This document shows positions 26,973-36,574 of a stretch of 53,429 nt of DNA, one piece after another. Each line of letters begins with the position of its first letter. Positions within the stretch are counted from its first letter, which is position 1. The DNA is taken from NCBI GenBank assembly GCA_034659615.1, contig JAYEHR010000027.1, forward strand, positions 1 through 53,429, in the 5' to 3' direction. A program made the position numbers and the translations under genes. Source of the stretch: Methanobacteriota archaeon (lineage in GTDB: Archaea; Halobacteriota; Methanosarcinia; Methanosarcinales; Methanosarcinaceae). Under the pieces are notes generated by a model that was given only the letters and a program-made list of their open reading frames with translations, ran no database searches and was not told the origin of the DNA.

Positions 26973-29378
26973 TCAGATCATATCGGACGAACTGTAACGC
27001 ATCCTGTCTTCAAGTTCCTGTTTCTTGGCAGCGTTCCAGCCACTCACAGACTGGATGTAACCCGTGACCCTGGATAGCTGTTCGACATTGGAAGATCCAC
27101 AGTTCTCACATTCCTCCTTGAGCCCTGACATCATATGGAAATCATCCATACATACGGTCATGTCCTTGGTGAACGCAAAGTATCCGGTCTGGGTGTTGCG
27201 GGCAATGTTCATGGCGAATTCCTTGAGACCTTTTGCATCCGGGGAACCTTCGCCCATCCAGATATGCATGATATCCCCTCCATCCACAATAGGGAAGAAC
27301 ACATTTTCGATCTTGATCCTCTCAATGATGGAAACATCCGCACCTGGAGGTACATGGGTACCATTGGTATAATACACTGGCAGATCGTGAGTTTCCTTGA
27401 TCTGCTCCATTGCAGCTTTCGGATCACCTTTCAGTACACCCATTGCCTTGTCCCTGAACTCCTCATGCAGAAGATCGGAAACTGCGAACCTCTGTACCGT
27501 GGTCTCAGCAGGGGTACGCGCAAGGGCGATCTCAATGCCATGTTCCTGGGATAGTTCTCGTCCATATATCTCCATCTCGGTCATGGCACGTATACCTAAT
27601 TTGAATGCATCTCTTGACTCATGCATCTGGGATCCGGTATGGTACTGCACCATCTCATTGATACCCAACACGCCAATAGTGTACACCAATCCATCAACAT
27701 CCACCGCGATAGTGCCTTTCTCACCGGTCACCGGGTCCTTAGGATGCTGTGTCGCAAAGGGCATACGTCCTCCATCGATGATCGGTTTCATCCACTTGAA
27801 TTTGGTCATATGGACTTCCACCGCCTCGTCCATGAGATGTTTAAGCTGTGCAAACAATTTCTGATCATCCCCATCCGCACGATATGCCGCACGTGGACAG
27901 TTCAGGGATACCACCTGCCAGGAACCCATGGAGAAATGTTTTCCATCCTTGAAATACGTCTTGTCCTCGAATTCATCATCGTCCTCAGCGTTGGCAGAGA
28001 ACTGGTAAGCACAACACTGGTAACACGATATACCTTCACCAGCACCACGGTATTCAGGCAGCTGGTTGTCGAAATACGGGGTCCCGTATTTTGCAGTGAG
28101 TTCAAAGGTCAGAGTATAAAGTTCATCATATGTCGGAAGTTCCGGATGGGCACGATTGAACATCTCGTTCTCCTCCATGAAATCCGGCTCGATGGAGATC
28201 TCTGGTTTTGGGAAATTGAATGGCTTGCCCCAGTAATCACCCTGCAACATGACATTCATCAGGGCCCTGAATCCCAGTCGCACCTCACGCTCATAGTCAC
28301 CGTATACGCGCTCATCTGTTCCCTTCGTACCATTCCAGACCTTACCCTTGTATACCACAGGTTTGTCTTTCCACAACTTGGGGACACCAGGGGACAGCTG
28401 TACCGATGAGAACACCAGCTGGCCACCGCGGGCCACCATCATCTGGGTCATCTCGTAGACGAACATCTGCATGAGCTGCTCGATCTCATCGTATGATTTG
28501 TTCTCAAAGTAGGGAGCACAGAATGTCAGGAAATTGTAGAAACCCTGCCCGCCTGCAAAATTGGTCTGGGCACTACCCAGTGCCTTGACCGCATGTAGCA
28601 TAGCGACCTCGGCCTTCATGGCGGGCCCTGCTACACTGGCCTTGGTACCAGATCCATCCGGCATCAGACCATAATAGAAGAAATACCGCAGGTCCCAATC
28701 CATGCAGAAACTCCGTGTCCCGAAATATTCGAGATCATGGATATGTAGATCACCATTGATATGCAGATCCGCCAGTTTGGGTGGCATGAGCAGCAGGTAC
28801 TGTTCCTTTGATATCTTGTCAGCTTTCTTCTTGTGAGAGGTCTCAGCGTTATCCTGCAGATTGGCATTCTCGTTCGCCTCGAACCCTGCACCCAGATCGG
28901 TCTCGCATGCATCGAACACAGGTAGACCTACCCTGGTGGATATGTTACGCCATTCCACCTCACCGCGTTCTAAGAGGATGATGTTTACCAGTTCCCTGAT
29001 AAGAGGACCGGACAGGAAATTAATGTTCATGGTCCTGATACGTTTCTCAGTCTCTTTTGCGATATCGTACGCTTCGTCCCTTGTAATGCCAGGCACCCCG
29101 TGGAACCTCTCCCCCAGAGCCGTCTCCTTTACAAGCTGATCCACCACGACCATGCGATCCCATTTGACCATATGGCCATCTGTGGTACGCACCTTTGGCA
29201 TGATGGATATTAATCCGCCGTCCAACGTCTGCTGGCCAGAATGCTGCTCTGAAAAAGCCTCCGTTGTTGATGATGTATTCATAATCGAGCCCTCCGTCTC
29301 CTCCCCACTTTCGGACATGATCTCATTATCAGCCGAACCTGTCAATTTCTCTGTCAATATTTCGCTATCAGATACCAT
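26973..29378 (-). CDS. nrdD: anaerobic (class III) ribonucleoside-triphosphate reductase
   Basis: 801 aa with an ATP-cone-like N-region, a C-terminal CENCGS zinc site and a glycyl-radical motif RVTGYIQ. A strong SD (GGAGG) lies 9 nt before ATG 29378. Confidence 0.95.
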   Translation of the reverse strand: MVSDSEILTEKLTGSADNEIMSESGEETEGSIMNTSSTTEAFSEQHSGQQTLDGGLISIMPKVRTTDGHMVKWDRMVVVDQLVKETALGERFHGVPGITRDEAYDIAKETEKRIRTMNINFLSGPLIRELVNIILLERGEVEWRNISTRVGLPVFDACETDLGAGFEANENANLQDNAETSHKKKADKISKEQYLLLMPPKLADLHINGDLHIHDLEYFGTRSFCMDWDLRYFFYYGLMPDGSGTKASVAGPAMKAEVAMLHAVKALGSAQTNFAGGQGFYNFLTFCAPYFENKSYDEIEQLMQMFVYEMTQMMVARGGQLVFSSVQLSPGVPKLWKDKPVVYKGKVWNGTKGTDERVYGDYEREVRLGFRALMNVMLQGDYWGKPFNFPKPEISIEPDFMEENEMFNRAHPELPTYDELYTLTFELTAKYGTPYFDNQLPEYRGAGEGISCYQCCAYQFSANAEDDDEFEDKTYFKDGKHFSMGSWQVVSLNCPRAAYRADGDDQKLFAQLKHLMDEAVEVHMTKFKWMKPIIDGGRMPFATQHPKDPVTGEKGTIAVDVDGLVYTIGVLGINEMVQYHTGSQMHESRDAFKLGIRAMTEMEIYGRELSQEHGIEIALARTPAETTVQRFAVSDLLHEEFRDKAMGVLKGDPKAAMEQIKETHDLPVYYTNGTHVPPGADVSIIERIKIENVFFPIVDGGDIMHIWMGEGSPDAKGLKEFAMNIARNTQTGYFAFTKDMTVCMDDFHMMSGLKEECENCGSSNVEQLSRVTGYIQSVSGWNAAKKQELEDRMRYSSSDMI

Positions 29379-29416
29379 ATATCCAATCCTCCTTCATAAA
29401 AGTGCCTCTCCTAAAT

Positions 29417-29668
29417 TCACATTATAGTATGTATCGCTTCAAGATTCACGTCATTTCCGTTAAAAAGCTCACCACAGGTCAGAAAATTATCATCTACCTG
29501 CAATACCGGAGCCTCATTTGTGAACACGCCATTGATACGCAGCTCGGTCAGGGCCTCTGGGGTGGTTAGATCTGCCTCACTGTAAGAGACATTCTTTTCC
29601 GTTAGCAACTTCTTCAAACGAACACATTTCGGGCATGTTTTTGTAGTGTAGACAATGATTTCAGACAT
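29417..29668 (-). CDS. glutaredoxin-like (NrdH-type) redoxin
   Basis: Trimmed to ATG 29668, which follows GGAGGAG. MSEIIVYTTKTCPKCVRLKKLL has a CPKC active site. First gene of the nrd operon. Confidence 0.75.
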   Translation of the reverse strand: MSEIIVYTTKTCPKCVRLKKLLTEKNVSYSEADLTTPEALTELRINGVFTNEAPVLQVDDNFLTCGELFNGNDVNLEAIHTIM

Positions 29669-29876
29669 AGTACTCCTCCATTGAAATGTTAATCCATATT
29701 CAATATAATTATCGATAAGCGGCCAACGAATAACGGTTACAGGCGTGTAAAAATACACTGCTTTGCACCATTATTGTTCCGAAGACCGTTTGTAATGGGT
29801 AAACCTGACATATAGAAGTTCCACTTAATAATGCTTTTTAATTCCATTTCTGAATACAATTATATGCTATCCGTAT

Positions 29877-29945
29877 CAAGTCTGGTCACAGATAACAGTG
29901 AGGGGTTTTTGATGGGCTGGATTTGCCATACCAGACTTGGTCACA
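29877..29945. repeat. inverted repeat CAAGTCTGG / CCAGACTTG, each arm followed by TCACA
   Basis: The arms lie at 29877-29885 and 29931-29939. TGGTCACA also recurs as a direct 8-mer at 29883-29890 and 29938-29945. The repeat lies in the nrdH/radB divergent intergenic region. Confidence 0.4.
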
Positions 29946-30009
29946 AATGATCTTGCCGAAACATGTATATTAGAAACACCATTATAGCAGATACATTCCA
30001 GAACATGAG

Positions 30010-30693
30010 GTGTACACAATAAACACACAATTGCCATCCGGATGCGAACCTATAGACGAACTACTTGGAGGAGGTTTCGAACCAGGCGTGGTCACCCAGA
30101 TATTCGGAGAAGCAGGTAGCGGCAAGACGAATATCTGCTTGCAGCTTGCTATCCAGTGTGTGAGGCAGGGCAAGAAGGCCATCCTGATCGATACCGAGGC
30201 CATATCACCCGAGCGGTTCCGGCAGATCGCAGGCAAGGATGCAAAAGAAATTGCGCAGAACATAATAATCTACGAGCCACATGATTTTGAGGAACAGTAC
30301 GCTGCCGTGCATGAGGCGGAGAAAATATGCTCGGAGAATATCGGGCTCATCATAGTGGACTCTGCCACTTCATTTTACCGGTTCGGACTTGACGACGATG
30401 AATCCAGTATTCAGACCAGACGCGAACTGGCCAACCAGATTGGATACCTGCATACTCTGGCGCGCAAATATGGGATCGTGGTCGTGATCACCAACCAAGT
30501 GTACTCTGACATGAACTCAGGGTCCCACCTGCCCATTGGCGGCACTAGTCTCGAGCATATCTCCAAGACCATAATCCAGCTCGAGCGAATACAGGACCGC
30601 GCAGGTAAGCGACGTGCAAAACTGTGGAAGCACCGCTCACGACCGGAAGGCGAGACCTGTGAGTTCACCATCACCAGCGAAGGTATCAGGTGA
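30010..30693 (+). CDS. radB: DNA repair and recombination protein RadB
   Basis: 227 aa with LLGGGFEPGVVTQIFGEAGSGKT (RecA-family Walker A) and a short RadB-type architecture. The GTG start is uncertain. Confidence 0.85.
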   Translation: MYTINTQLPSGCEPIDELLGGGFEPGVVTQIFGEAGSGKTNICLQLAIQCVRQGKKAILIDTEAISPERFRQIAGKDAKEIAQNIIIYEPHDFEEQYAAVHEAEKICSENIGLIIVDSATSFYRFGLDDDESSIQTRRELANQIGYLHTLARKYGIVVVITNQVYSDMNSGSHLPIGGTSLEHISKTIIQLERIQDRAGKRRAKLWKHRSRPEGETCEFTITSEGIR

Positions 30694-30703
30694 GCACCTG
30701 GTA

Positions 30704-31456
30704 TCAGGTCCTTGCGATGGTAATGTATCCCGTATGTCCCACACGTGTCGTAGCTGGCCGGCTGCCTTTTTCTGAGAACGACATCTCACGCTCGATACAT
30801 TCAATGGTCCTCACCTCAAAGAATCCTACCTCATCGATCGCTTTCCTGATAGCCGCCGTCTGTTCGATGAAAGGGGAATATGTTATAAGGAAACCACCTG
30901 GAACCAAAACATCCCTGACATACGGCACTACGGCAGGCGCGTCCAGCGTATCAAGGATCACGGCATTGAACGTTTCATCAAGATGCCGGATCGCTTCCAC
31001 GATATTCCCACACCGAATATCCACATTGGTAACCCCCGCGCGCTGGAGGTTAACCCTGGCCACATCGACAAAATCCTCCCTGATCTCATAACTCACCACA
31101 CGCTCTGCAACCGAACCTAAGTACATGCAGAGGATACCCGTGCCAGTACCTGCCTCAAGGATCGTATCCCTATGATTGATACCGGTATAAGCAAGGATCA
31201 TTCCGATATCCTTTGGTATGATCGGCGCACCGGTACGTTTCGCATGCCGGAAGAAGTCCGGCAATCTGGGATACTGTACGACAAAACGTTGACCCATATG
31301 AGACTCTATCGTATCCCCTGCCTCCTTTTCCAGCAGCTCGTTCATATCAATGACACCAAACTCCGAATGGAACCCTTCACTCGAGACTGTCATGATGAAC
31401 TCCTTGACCTTCCTGCGATGTATCGTCCGCAGCAGTATCACTTCACCCATTTTCAT
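30704..31456 (-). CDS. trmI: tRNA (adenine-N1)-methyltransferase TrmI/Gcd14 family
   Basis: N-terminal beta-domain plus the SAM motif ILEAGTGTGILCMYL. Has a 4-nt overlap with the upstream HD gene. Confidence 0.85.
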   Translation of the reverse strand: MKMGEVILLRTIHRRKVKEFIMTVSSEGFHSEFGVIDMNELLEKEAGDTIESHMGQRFVVQYPRLPDFFRHAKRTGAPIIPKDIGMILAYTGINHRDTILEAGTGTGILCMYLGSVAERVVSYEIREDFVDVARVNLQRAGVTNVDIRCGNIVEAIRHLDETFNAVILDTLDAPAVVPYVRDVLVPGGFLITYSPFIEQTAAIRKAIDEVGFFEVRTIECIEREMSFSEKGSRPATTRVGHTGYITIART

Positions 31457-33306
31457 TTGTTTACCCCTGATACTTTTCTGTGTTGTTTGCTCCGATACCT
31501 TGATACCGGTATCGTTACAATGTCGCGAGGGATCGAATGCTTGTCTATGGTCAACCTTTCGACCAGCATCCTGAATTCGCGATCATAGGATCTGGACAAC
31601 AGTTGCCCATACCGTACCCCGTCATCCGTCAGGACATATTCATACCGTTGTTTGAACCTGTTATCCTTCTCAAAGTACCGCAGATCCTCATCAACGATCC
31701 CCATTGCCACCAGTACCTGGATGTCCTCAAAGACCTTATCGCTGTAAGTGAACCCATACCGTTCATGGAACCTGTAATCAAAAAGGAACCTCAACCGATC
31801 ATCCGCACCAAAGGACCTGACGGTCCGGTACAACCAGGTGATGTTCCTGATACGCGGGATCGAGACATAGCCCCCCTTCTCTTCTTCAAATATACTGTGG
31901 ATGGCATAGAATAGGATGACCAGACCTTCGATGGACAGGTACTGCTCCTCCCGAATGAAACTCAATAACCTGGGAGATAGCTCGTCCACCAGAGAGTGTA
32001 TGTGCGAGTACGTAGCCCCGATCTGCTGGCACATGGCAGCGTCCGGGTGGGCGAAGGCAGTGAGAGATAACTGACGGGATATCGCACGCACAAGACCATT
32101 GGCAAGCGCAGACTCGTCATAGAAGAAGTTCTCTTCGCCCGCAACAAGTACCCGTGTACTCTTCGGAACACCCGTGGCCACACTCAGATCCACAAGCACA
32201 TCGCCCAGCCGTTTTTCAAGCTCTTTTTCGAACATTTTCCTGGCAACACCGTGGCGAGCAATGGTGGACAGGGCCATCCGGGTCATGGGTGCGAGGGTCT
32301 TCTGGTTGAACCTGAAAACAGGAGTATATATCGTTCCCTCACGTATATCCTTGAGCAAACGTCGTGCCTGCTCACCCCCATACCGCTGCACAAAACCCGT
32401 AAGGTCCGCATCATTGTATTCAGTAAAGAATTTGGCCACTTTTCCGCGCGCAGCCTCGTCGCCCTCGAGCTGTCGCATACTGGACAGGGCATCCTCAAGA
32501 GCATTCAGGAACATGGTACGCACAGACTGTGTCAGAGGATGGTGAATGATGGCCGTGTAATGGTGTGCGCGGGCGATCAGCATGGATTCCGCAGCGGTCA
32601 ATGCCATGTCCTCACCATAACTGCAATCATCCCCACTGCCGAGGATCATATTGCCATCCCTGATGCCCAGACTCTGTATGATCTGATCGACATCGATGAG
32701 ACCAAGAGATATCCCCGTATGATATGAATCCCGCAACAAGAAGTCTATCCTGTCCGCATCGATATCCCCGGATATCAGCTGTGCCAGGTAGGGACGCTCG
32801 ATGGACTGGGCATCGCCTGTTGCTATCCTGGAGATCTCGTCAAAGAGATCGAACGGGTCCACCCCGAAATCCTCCTCCACGCGCCGGTAAATGGCATTGT
32901 CAGCAGGAAAGACCGTTCTTGTGATATGGCTGGTAAAGACCTCATGTCGGGTGAGCCGCACTCCGTCCAGCACTGGCTGCAGGTCCGGGTCCCGCTCAAG
33001 CACACTTTCAACAGCATGCGAAAAGGCGGAATGTCCCACGTCATGCAGCAGACCTGCCACCCTCACCTTCATCACATCCTCCTGTTCAAGACCCAGGGAT
33101 TTGGCAAGCAGGGAAGCAACATGCATGGTCCCTATGCTGTGTTCAAAACGAGTATGGTTGGCTCCAGGATAGACCACGTCTGCCAGTCCAAGCTGCTGTA
33201 TACTGCGCAACCGCTGCATCTGGGGAGTGTCGATGAGCATCTGCTCCAGCGGGCTTAAGAGAATTGTTTTGTGGACCGGATCATGGATCGTCTGTGGTCG
33301 GGACAT
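31453..33306 (-). CDS. HD-domain phosphohydrolase (COG1078, dNTP triphosphohydrolase/SAMHD1-like) with a long C-terminal extension
   Basis: IHDPVHKTI...RLRSIQQLG...NHTRFEHSIGTMH...LLHDVGHSAFSH...DADRIDFLLRDSYHTG is the dGTPase-like HD signature. It is followed by about 250 extra residues. Confidence 0.8.
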   Translation of the reverse strand: MSRPQTIHDPVHKTILLSPLEQMLIDTPQMQRLRSIQQLGLADVVYPGANHTRFEHSIGTMHVASLLAKSLGLEQEDVMKVRVAGLLHDVGHSAFSHAVESVLERDPDLQPVLDGVRLTRHEVFTSHITRTVFPADNAIYRRVEEDFGVDPFDLFDEISRIATGDAQSIERPYLAQLISGDIDADRIDFLLRDSYHTGISLGLIDVDQIIQSLGIRDGNMILGSGDDCSYGEDMALTAAESMLIARAHHYTAIIHHPLTQSVRTMFLNALEDALSSMRQLEGDEAARGKVAKFFTEYNDADLTGFVQRYGGEQARRLLKDIREGTIYTPVFRFNQKTLAPMTRMALSTIARHGVARKMFEKELEKRLGDVLVDLSVATGVPKSTRVLVAGEENFFYDESALANGLVRAISRQLSLTAFAHPDAAMCQQIGATYSHIHSLVDELSPRLLSFIREEQYLSIEGLVILFYAIHSIFEEEKGGYVSIPRIRNITWLYRTVRSFGADDRLRFLFDYRFHERYGFTYSDKVFEDIQVLVAMGIVDEDLRYFEKDNRFKQRYEYVLTDDGVRYGQLLSRSYDREFRMLVERLTIDKHSIPRDIVTIPVSRYRSKQHRKVSGVNK

Positions 33307-33431
33307 GATGAGGTATTAGGGAGAAGGATTATATATATGGTTGGAACCATCCCCGGCATTCGAATAGGTACACATAGGTCAGATCGAATAGATTTTTATT
33401 TGAACGAGATATAGGACTGATAGTGATCGCA

Positions 33432-34451
33432 ATGAGGACAATCGAATGGGACCAGGATTCCAAAGCCGTGAAGATGATCGACCAGACACTCCTTCCAAAG
33501 GAATACCGTGTCATCAAATGCAATACCCTTGCCTTGCTCTGTGAGGCCATACGGTCACTGAGGGTACGGGGTGCTCCTGCGCTGGCCGCAGCCGGTGGTT
33601 TTGGGATCGCACTCGCTGCTGAGCTGAGCAGTGCCAGTACCATGGAGAAACTCCTCAAGGACCTGCAGGTAGCAGCAAACACACTCAAAGCAACACGCCC
33701 GACCGCCGTGAACCTCGGATGGGGCGTGGATCGGATAATGGATGCGGTCTCACATGCCTATGATGTGGCCGGTATCCGTGATATTGCGACCTCGGAGGCC
33801 ATGAGACTGGCAGACGAGGATGTCCTGATCAACAAAAAACTTGGTAAATACGGTGCAAAACTTCTGGATGATGGGGATACCGTGCTCACACACTGCAATG
33901 CCGGGCGGATGGCGTGTGTGGACTGGGGTACTGCCCTGGGCGTGATACGCTCTGCCGTGGAGGATGGGAAAGAGATCAATGTTGTCGCATGCGAGACACG
34001 CCCTCTCAACCAGGGAGGACGCATCACCACATGGGAATTGATGCAGGACAGCATACCGGTCAAACTGATCAGCGATTCCATGAGCGGACACGTGATGTAT
34101 AACGGTATGGTGGATAAGGTCATTGTCGGGGCTGACAGGATCACCGAAGATGTGGTGTTCAACAAGATCGGAACCTATACCCATGCAGTCCTGGCAGAGG
34201 AACACGAGATACCGTTCTATGTCGCAGCTCCCGTCTCGACCTTTGATTTCAAGAACTGGGAGGGAAGTGTGGAGATCGAACAGCGGGATGCGGACGAGCT
34301 TCGTTTTGTTGGTGACGTGCAGATCGCACCTTCGGACGTGGAGGTATACAATCCGGCCTTCGACGCGACACCTATGGAATTCGTGAAAGCGATCATTACC
34401 GAAAATGGGATATTCCGACCACCGTTCTTGCTTGACGAGGTCCGCACATGA
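33432..34451 (+). CDS. mtnA: methylthioribose-1-phosphate isomerase-like protein (eIF-2B alpha/beta/delta family)
   Basis: IEWDQDSKAVKMIDQTLLP...RVRGAPALAAAGGFG...THCNAG...VVACETRPLNQG. ATG 33432 is preferred over the track GTG at 33423. Confidence 0.8.
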   Translation: MRTIEWDQDSKAVKMIDQTLLPKEYRVIKCNTLALLCEAIRSLRVRGAPALAAAGGFGIALAAELSSASTMEKLLKDLQVAANTLKATRPTAVNLGWGVDRIMDAVSHAYDVAGIRDIATSEAMRLADEDVLINKKLGKYGAKLLDDGDTVLTHCNAGRMACVDWGTALGVIRSAVEDGKEINVVACETRPLNQGGRITTWELMQDSIPVKLISDSMSGHVMYNGMVDKVIVGADRITEDVVFNKIGTYTHAVLAEEHEIPFYVAAPVSTFDFKNWEGSVEIEQRDADELRFVGDVQIAPSDVEVYNPAFDATPMEFVKAIITENGIFRPPFLLDEVRT

Positions 34452-34578
34452 AGATACTGACCCAAAGGATCTCCATAGAGTTGCCATCCGCAAACTTTTA
34501 AACTATGAAGCGCATGAATGGACGATATACGAATTTACGATCATATAAGAATATGACAAAAACCGACAAGGAGACAAC

Positions 34579-34752
34579 ATGGCAAAAAAGAAATCAAGCG
34601 GCGACGGGCTGATGTCATCTGCAGGACTTATGCGTTATTATGACGCGGACAAGAGAGCCATACACATTGATCCAAAGAAAATAATGATATTCGGTGCCGT
34701 CTGCGGTCTTGTCATTATCCTGCTGAATGCAAGTTTTGGCCTCTGGCCATAA
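34579..34752 (+). CDS. secG: preprotein translocase Sec61 beta subunit (archaeal SecG)
   Basis: A 57-aa ORF below the track cutoff: MAKKKSSGDGLMSSAGLMRYYDADKRAIHIDPKKIMIFGAVCGLVIILLNASFGLWP. It has the conserved SAGLMRYYD motif plus a C-terminal TM tail anchor. Confidence 0.8.
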   Translation: MAKKKSSGDGLMSSAGLMRYYDADKRAIHIDPKKIMIFGAVCGLVIILLNASFGLWP

Positions 34753-34761
34753 TATAACTTA

Positions 34762-34773
34762 TTTTATTTTTTT
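34762..34773. terminator. oligo-T tract between convergent secG and srp19
   Basis: ttttattttttt lies immediately after the secG stop. Confidence 0.4.
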
Positions 34774-34803
34774 CGAACAGGTTGGGCTCTTTGAGACGTG
34801 ATA

Positions 34804-35118
34804 TTACTCTCCGCGAGCATCTCTGATGGACGCTGCGATCTTTCTTGCGATCACGGTCTTGGGTTCAGTATTATCCACAAGGACCCTGCCACTTTTCTCC
34901 CACCAGTAACGCGGATAGGCTTTGTCGGCCTCCACCCGGGGGTTCAACTGAAGTCCCCTGGCAGCCTCTTCGATCTCTTTGAGTCCAGGCTCTTTTACCG
35001 ATCTCTTTTTGGAGATGATCCTTCCATGGCTCCTTGACCGGGTCCTGTCAATATAGACAGGCCAGATCACAAGTTTGCCTTCGTCTCGCATTAACATGAG
35101 TCGTAAGTTGGAACTCAT
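34804..35118 (-). CDS. srp19: signal recognition particle protein SRP19
   Basis: KLVIWPVYIDRTRSRSHGRIISKK...EADKAYPRYWWE is the SRP19 signature. The real start may be an internal Met (about 35091). Confidence 0.9.
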   Translation of the reverse strand: MSSNLRLMLMRDEGKLVIWPVYIDRTRSRSHGRIISKKRSVKEPGLKEIEEAARGLQLNPRVEADKAYPRYWWEKSGRVLVDNTEPKTVIARKIAASIRDARGE

Positions 35119-35208
35119 TTGATTTAAATCTGGTTGATGCTTCGTTACGAAGTCTCAAATAGATGTAACGCATTATGTGGACAACGCTAAATAGGAGAGG
35201 TAAAAAAG

Positions 35209-36552
35209 ATGTCCTTTTTTGGAACCAATGGAGTGAGAGGTATTGCCAATGAGTATATCAACCCGCAACTTGCCATCGATGTTGCACGGAGCCTTGGGAC
35301 GTACATGGGCTCAAAAGGTATCGTTGCTATCGGGAGAGATACGCGATATTCCGGTGATATGCTAAAATCCGCCGCTATTGCCGGTGCACTGTCAACCGGA
35401 CTTACGGTTATAGATATCGGCATTGTACCCACACCTTCGATCCAGTACTACGTACGGGATCATGCAGACGCCGGGATCATGATCACCGCATCCCATAATC
35501 CCAGGGAGGATAATGGGATCAAGCTGATCGCAGATGACGGTACTGAATTCTCACGTGAAGGGGAACGTGAAGTTGAGAAGATATATTACTCGAAGGATTT
35601 TGCAGCGGCATCGTGGGATCGGACAGGGGACCTCAGGACGGATACGAATGCGAACGAGGATTATCTCCAGGGGATCATTGATTCCGTGGATGCAGAGAGT
35701 ATCCGCCGAGAACGTTTCAGGGTCGTTGTGGATACGGGATGCGGTGCCGGTTCCCTGACCCTTCCCTTCCTGTTGCAGAAACTTGGATGTGAGGTGATCA
35801 CCATCAATGGACAGGTAGACGGCACATTCCCCTGGCGCAACCCGGAACCAACACCGGACGTGCTCACCGAGCTTGCAGATATCATAAAGAACCAGGGTGC
35901 CGACATGGGTGTTGCACAGGATGGAGATGCTGATCGTGCCGTATTCTTTGATGAGAACGGTGATTTCATCGATGAGGAAACCCTGCTTTCCATGATGGCG
36001 AAGTATATGCTGTCCACAAAGAAAGGGCCGATCGTCACGCCGGTGAGCTCATCACAGCGCATGGTGGACGTGGCAGAGGAAGCCGGGGTCGAGCTGGCAT
36101 GGACTGCAGTGGGGTCGATCAACGTAGCACGTAAGATGCGGGACATCGGTGCCGTATTCGGAGGTGAGGGTAACGGCGGGCTCATCTTCCCCGAGTTTCA
36201 GTACTGCCGGGATGGAGCCATGGCCTGCGCCAAGTTCCTGGAGATCATTGCCACAGGCAGGAAACTCTCCGATATCGCAGAGAGTGTACCCGTCTATTTC
36301 AACTCCAAGACGAAAACACGGTGCAACGACCTCGATGTTACGATGGAACGCGTGAGGGCACAGGTCACTGGTGGCGATCAGCAGGTAGATACCACCGATG
36401 GTGTCAAGATATGGCACAAGGATGGCTGGCTCCTGATCAGACCCTCCGGGACCGAACCTATCATTCGTATCTTTGCGGAATCTAAGACCGAGGACCGTGC
36501 AGAGGAACTGATGAACAGCAGTCTTGAACTTGTGGAGAGCTGCAAGGAATGA
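35209..36552 (+). CDS. glmM: phosphoglucosamine mutase / phosphohexomutase family
   Basis: Active-site loop TASHNPREDNGIK, metal loop AQDGDADR and sugar loop GGEGNGG. 447 aa. Confidence 0.8.
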   Translation: MSFFGTNGVRGIANEYINPQLAIDVARSLGTYMGSKGIVAIGRDTRYSGDMLKSAAIAGALSTGLTVIDIGIVPTPSIQYYVRDHADAGIMITASHNPREDNGIKLIADDGTEFSREGEREVEKIYYSKDFAAASWDRTGDLRTDTNANEDYLQGIIDSVDAESIRRERFRVVVDTGCGAGSLTLPFLLQKLGCEVITINGQVDGTFPWRNPEPTPDVLTELADIIKNQGADMGVAQDGDADRAVFFDENGDFIDEETLLSMMAKYMLSTKKGPIVTPVSSSQRMVDVAEEAGVELAWTAVGSINVARKMRDIGAVFGGEGNGGLIFPEFQYCRDGAMACAKFLEIIATGRKLSDIAESVPVYFNSKTKTRCNDLDVTMERVRAQVTGGDQQVDTTDGVKIWHKDGWLLIRPSGTEPIIRIFAESKTEDRAEELMNSSLELVESCKE

Positions 36553-36574
36553 TCGATAAACTGCGGTGATATCC

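Noticed and set aside
29912-29950. 12-codon mini-ORF (MGWICHTRLGHK) inside the nrdH-radB intergenic repeat.
   Set aside because: It is too short to support, and I have no way to judge conservation. It is more likely incidental to the inverted repeat.
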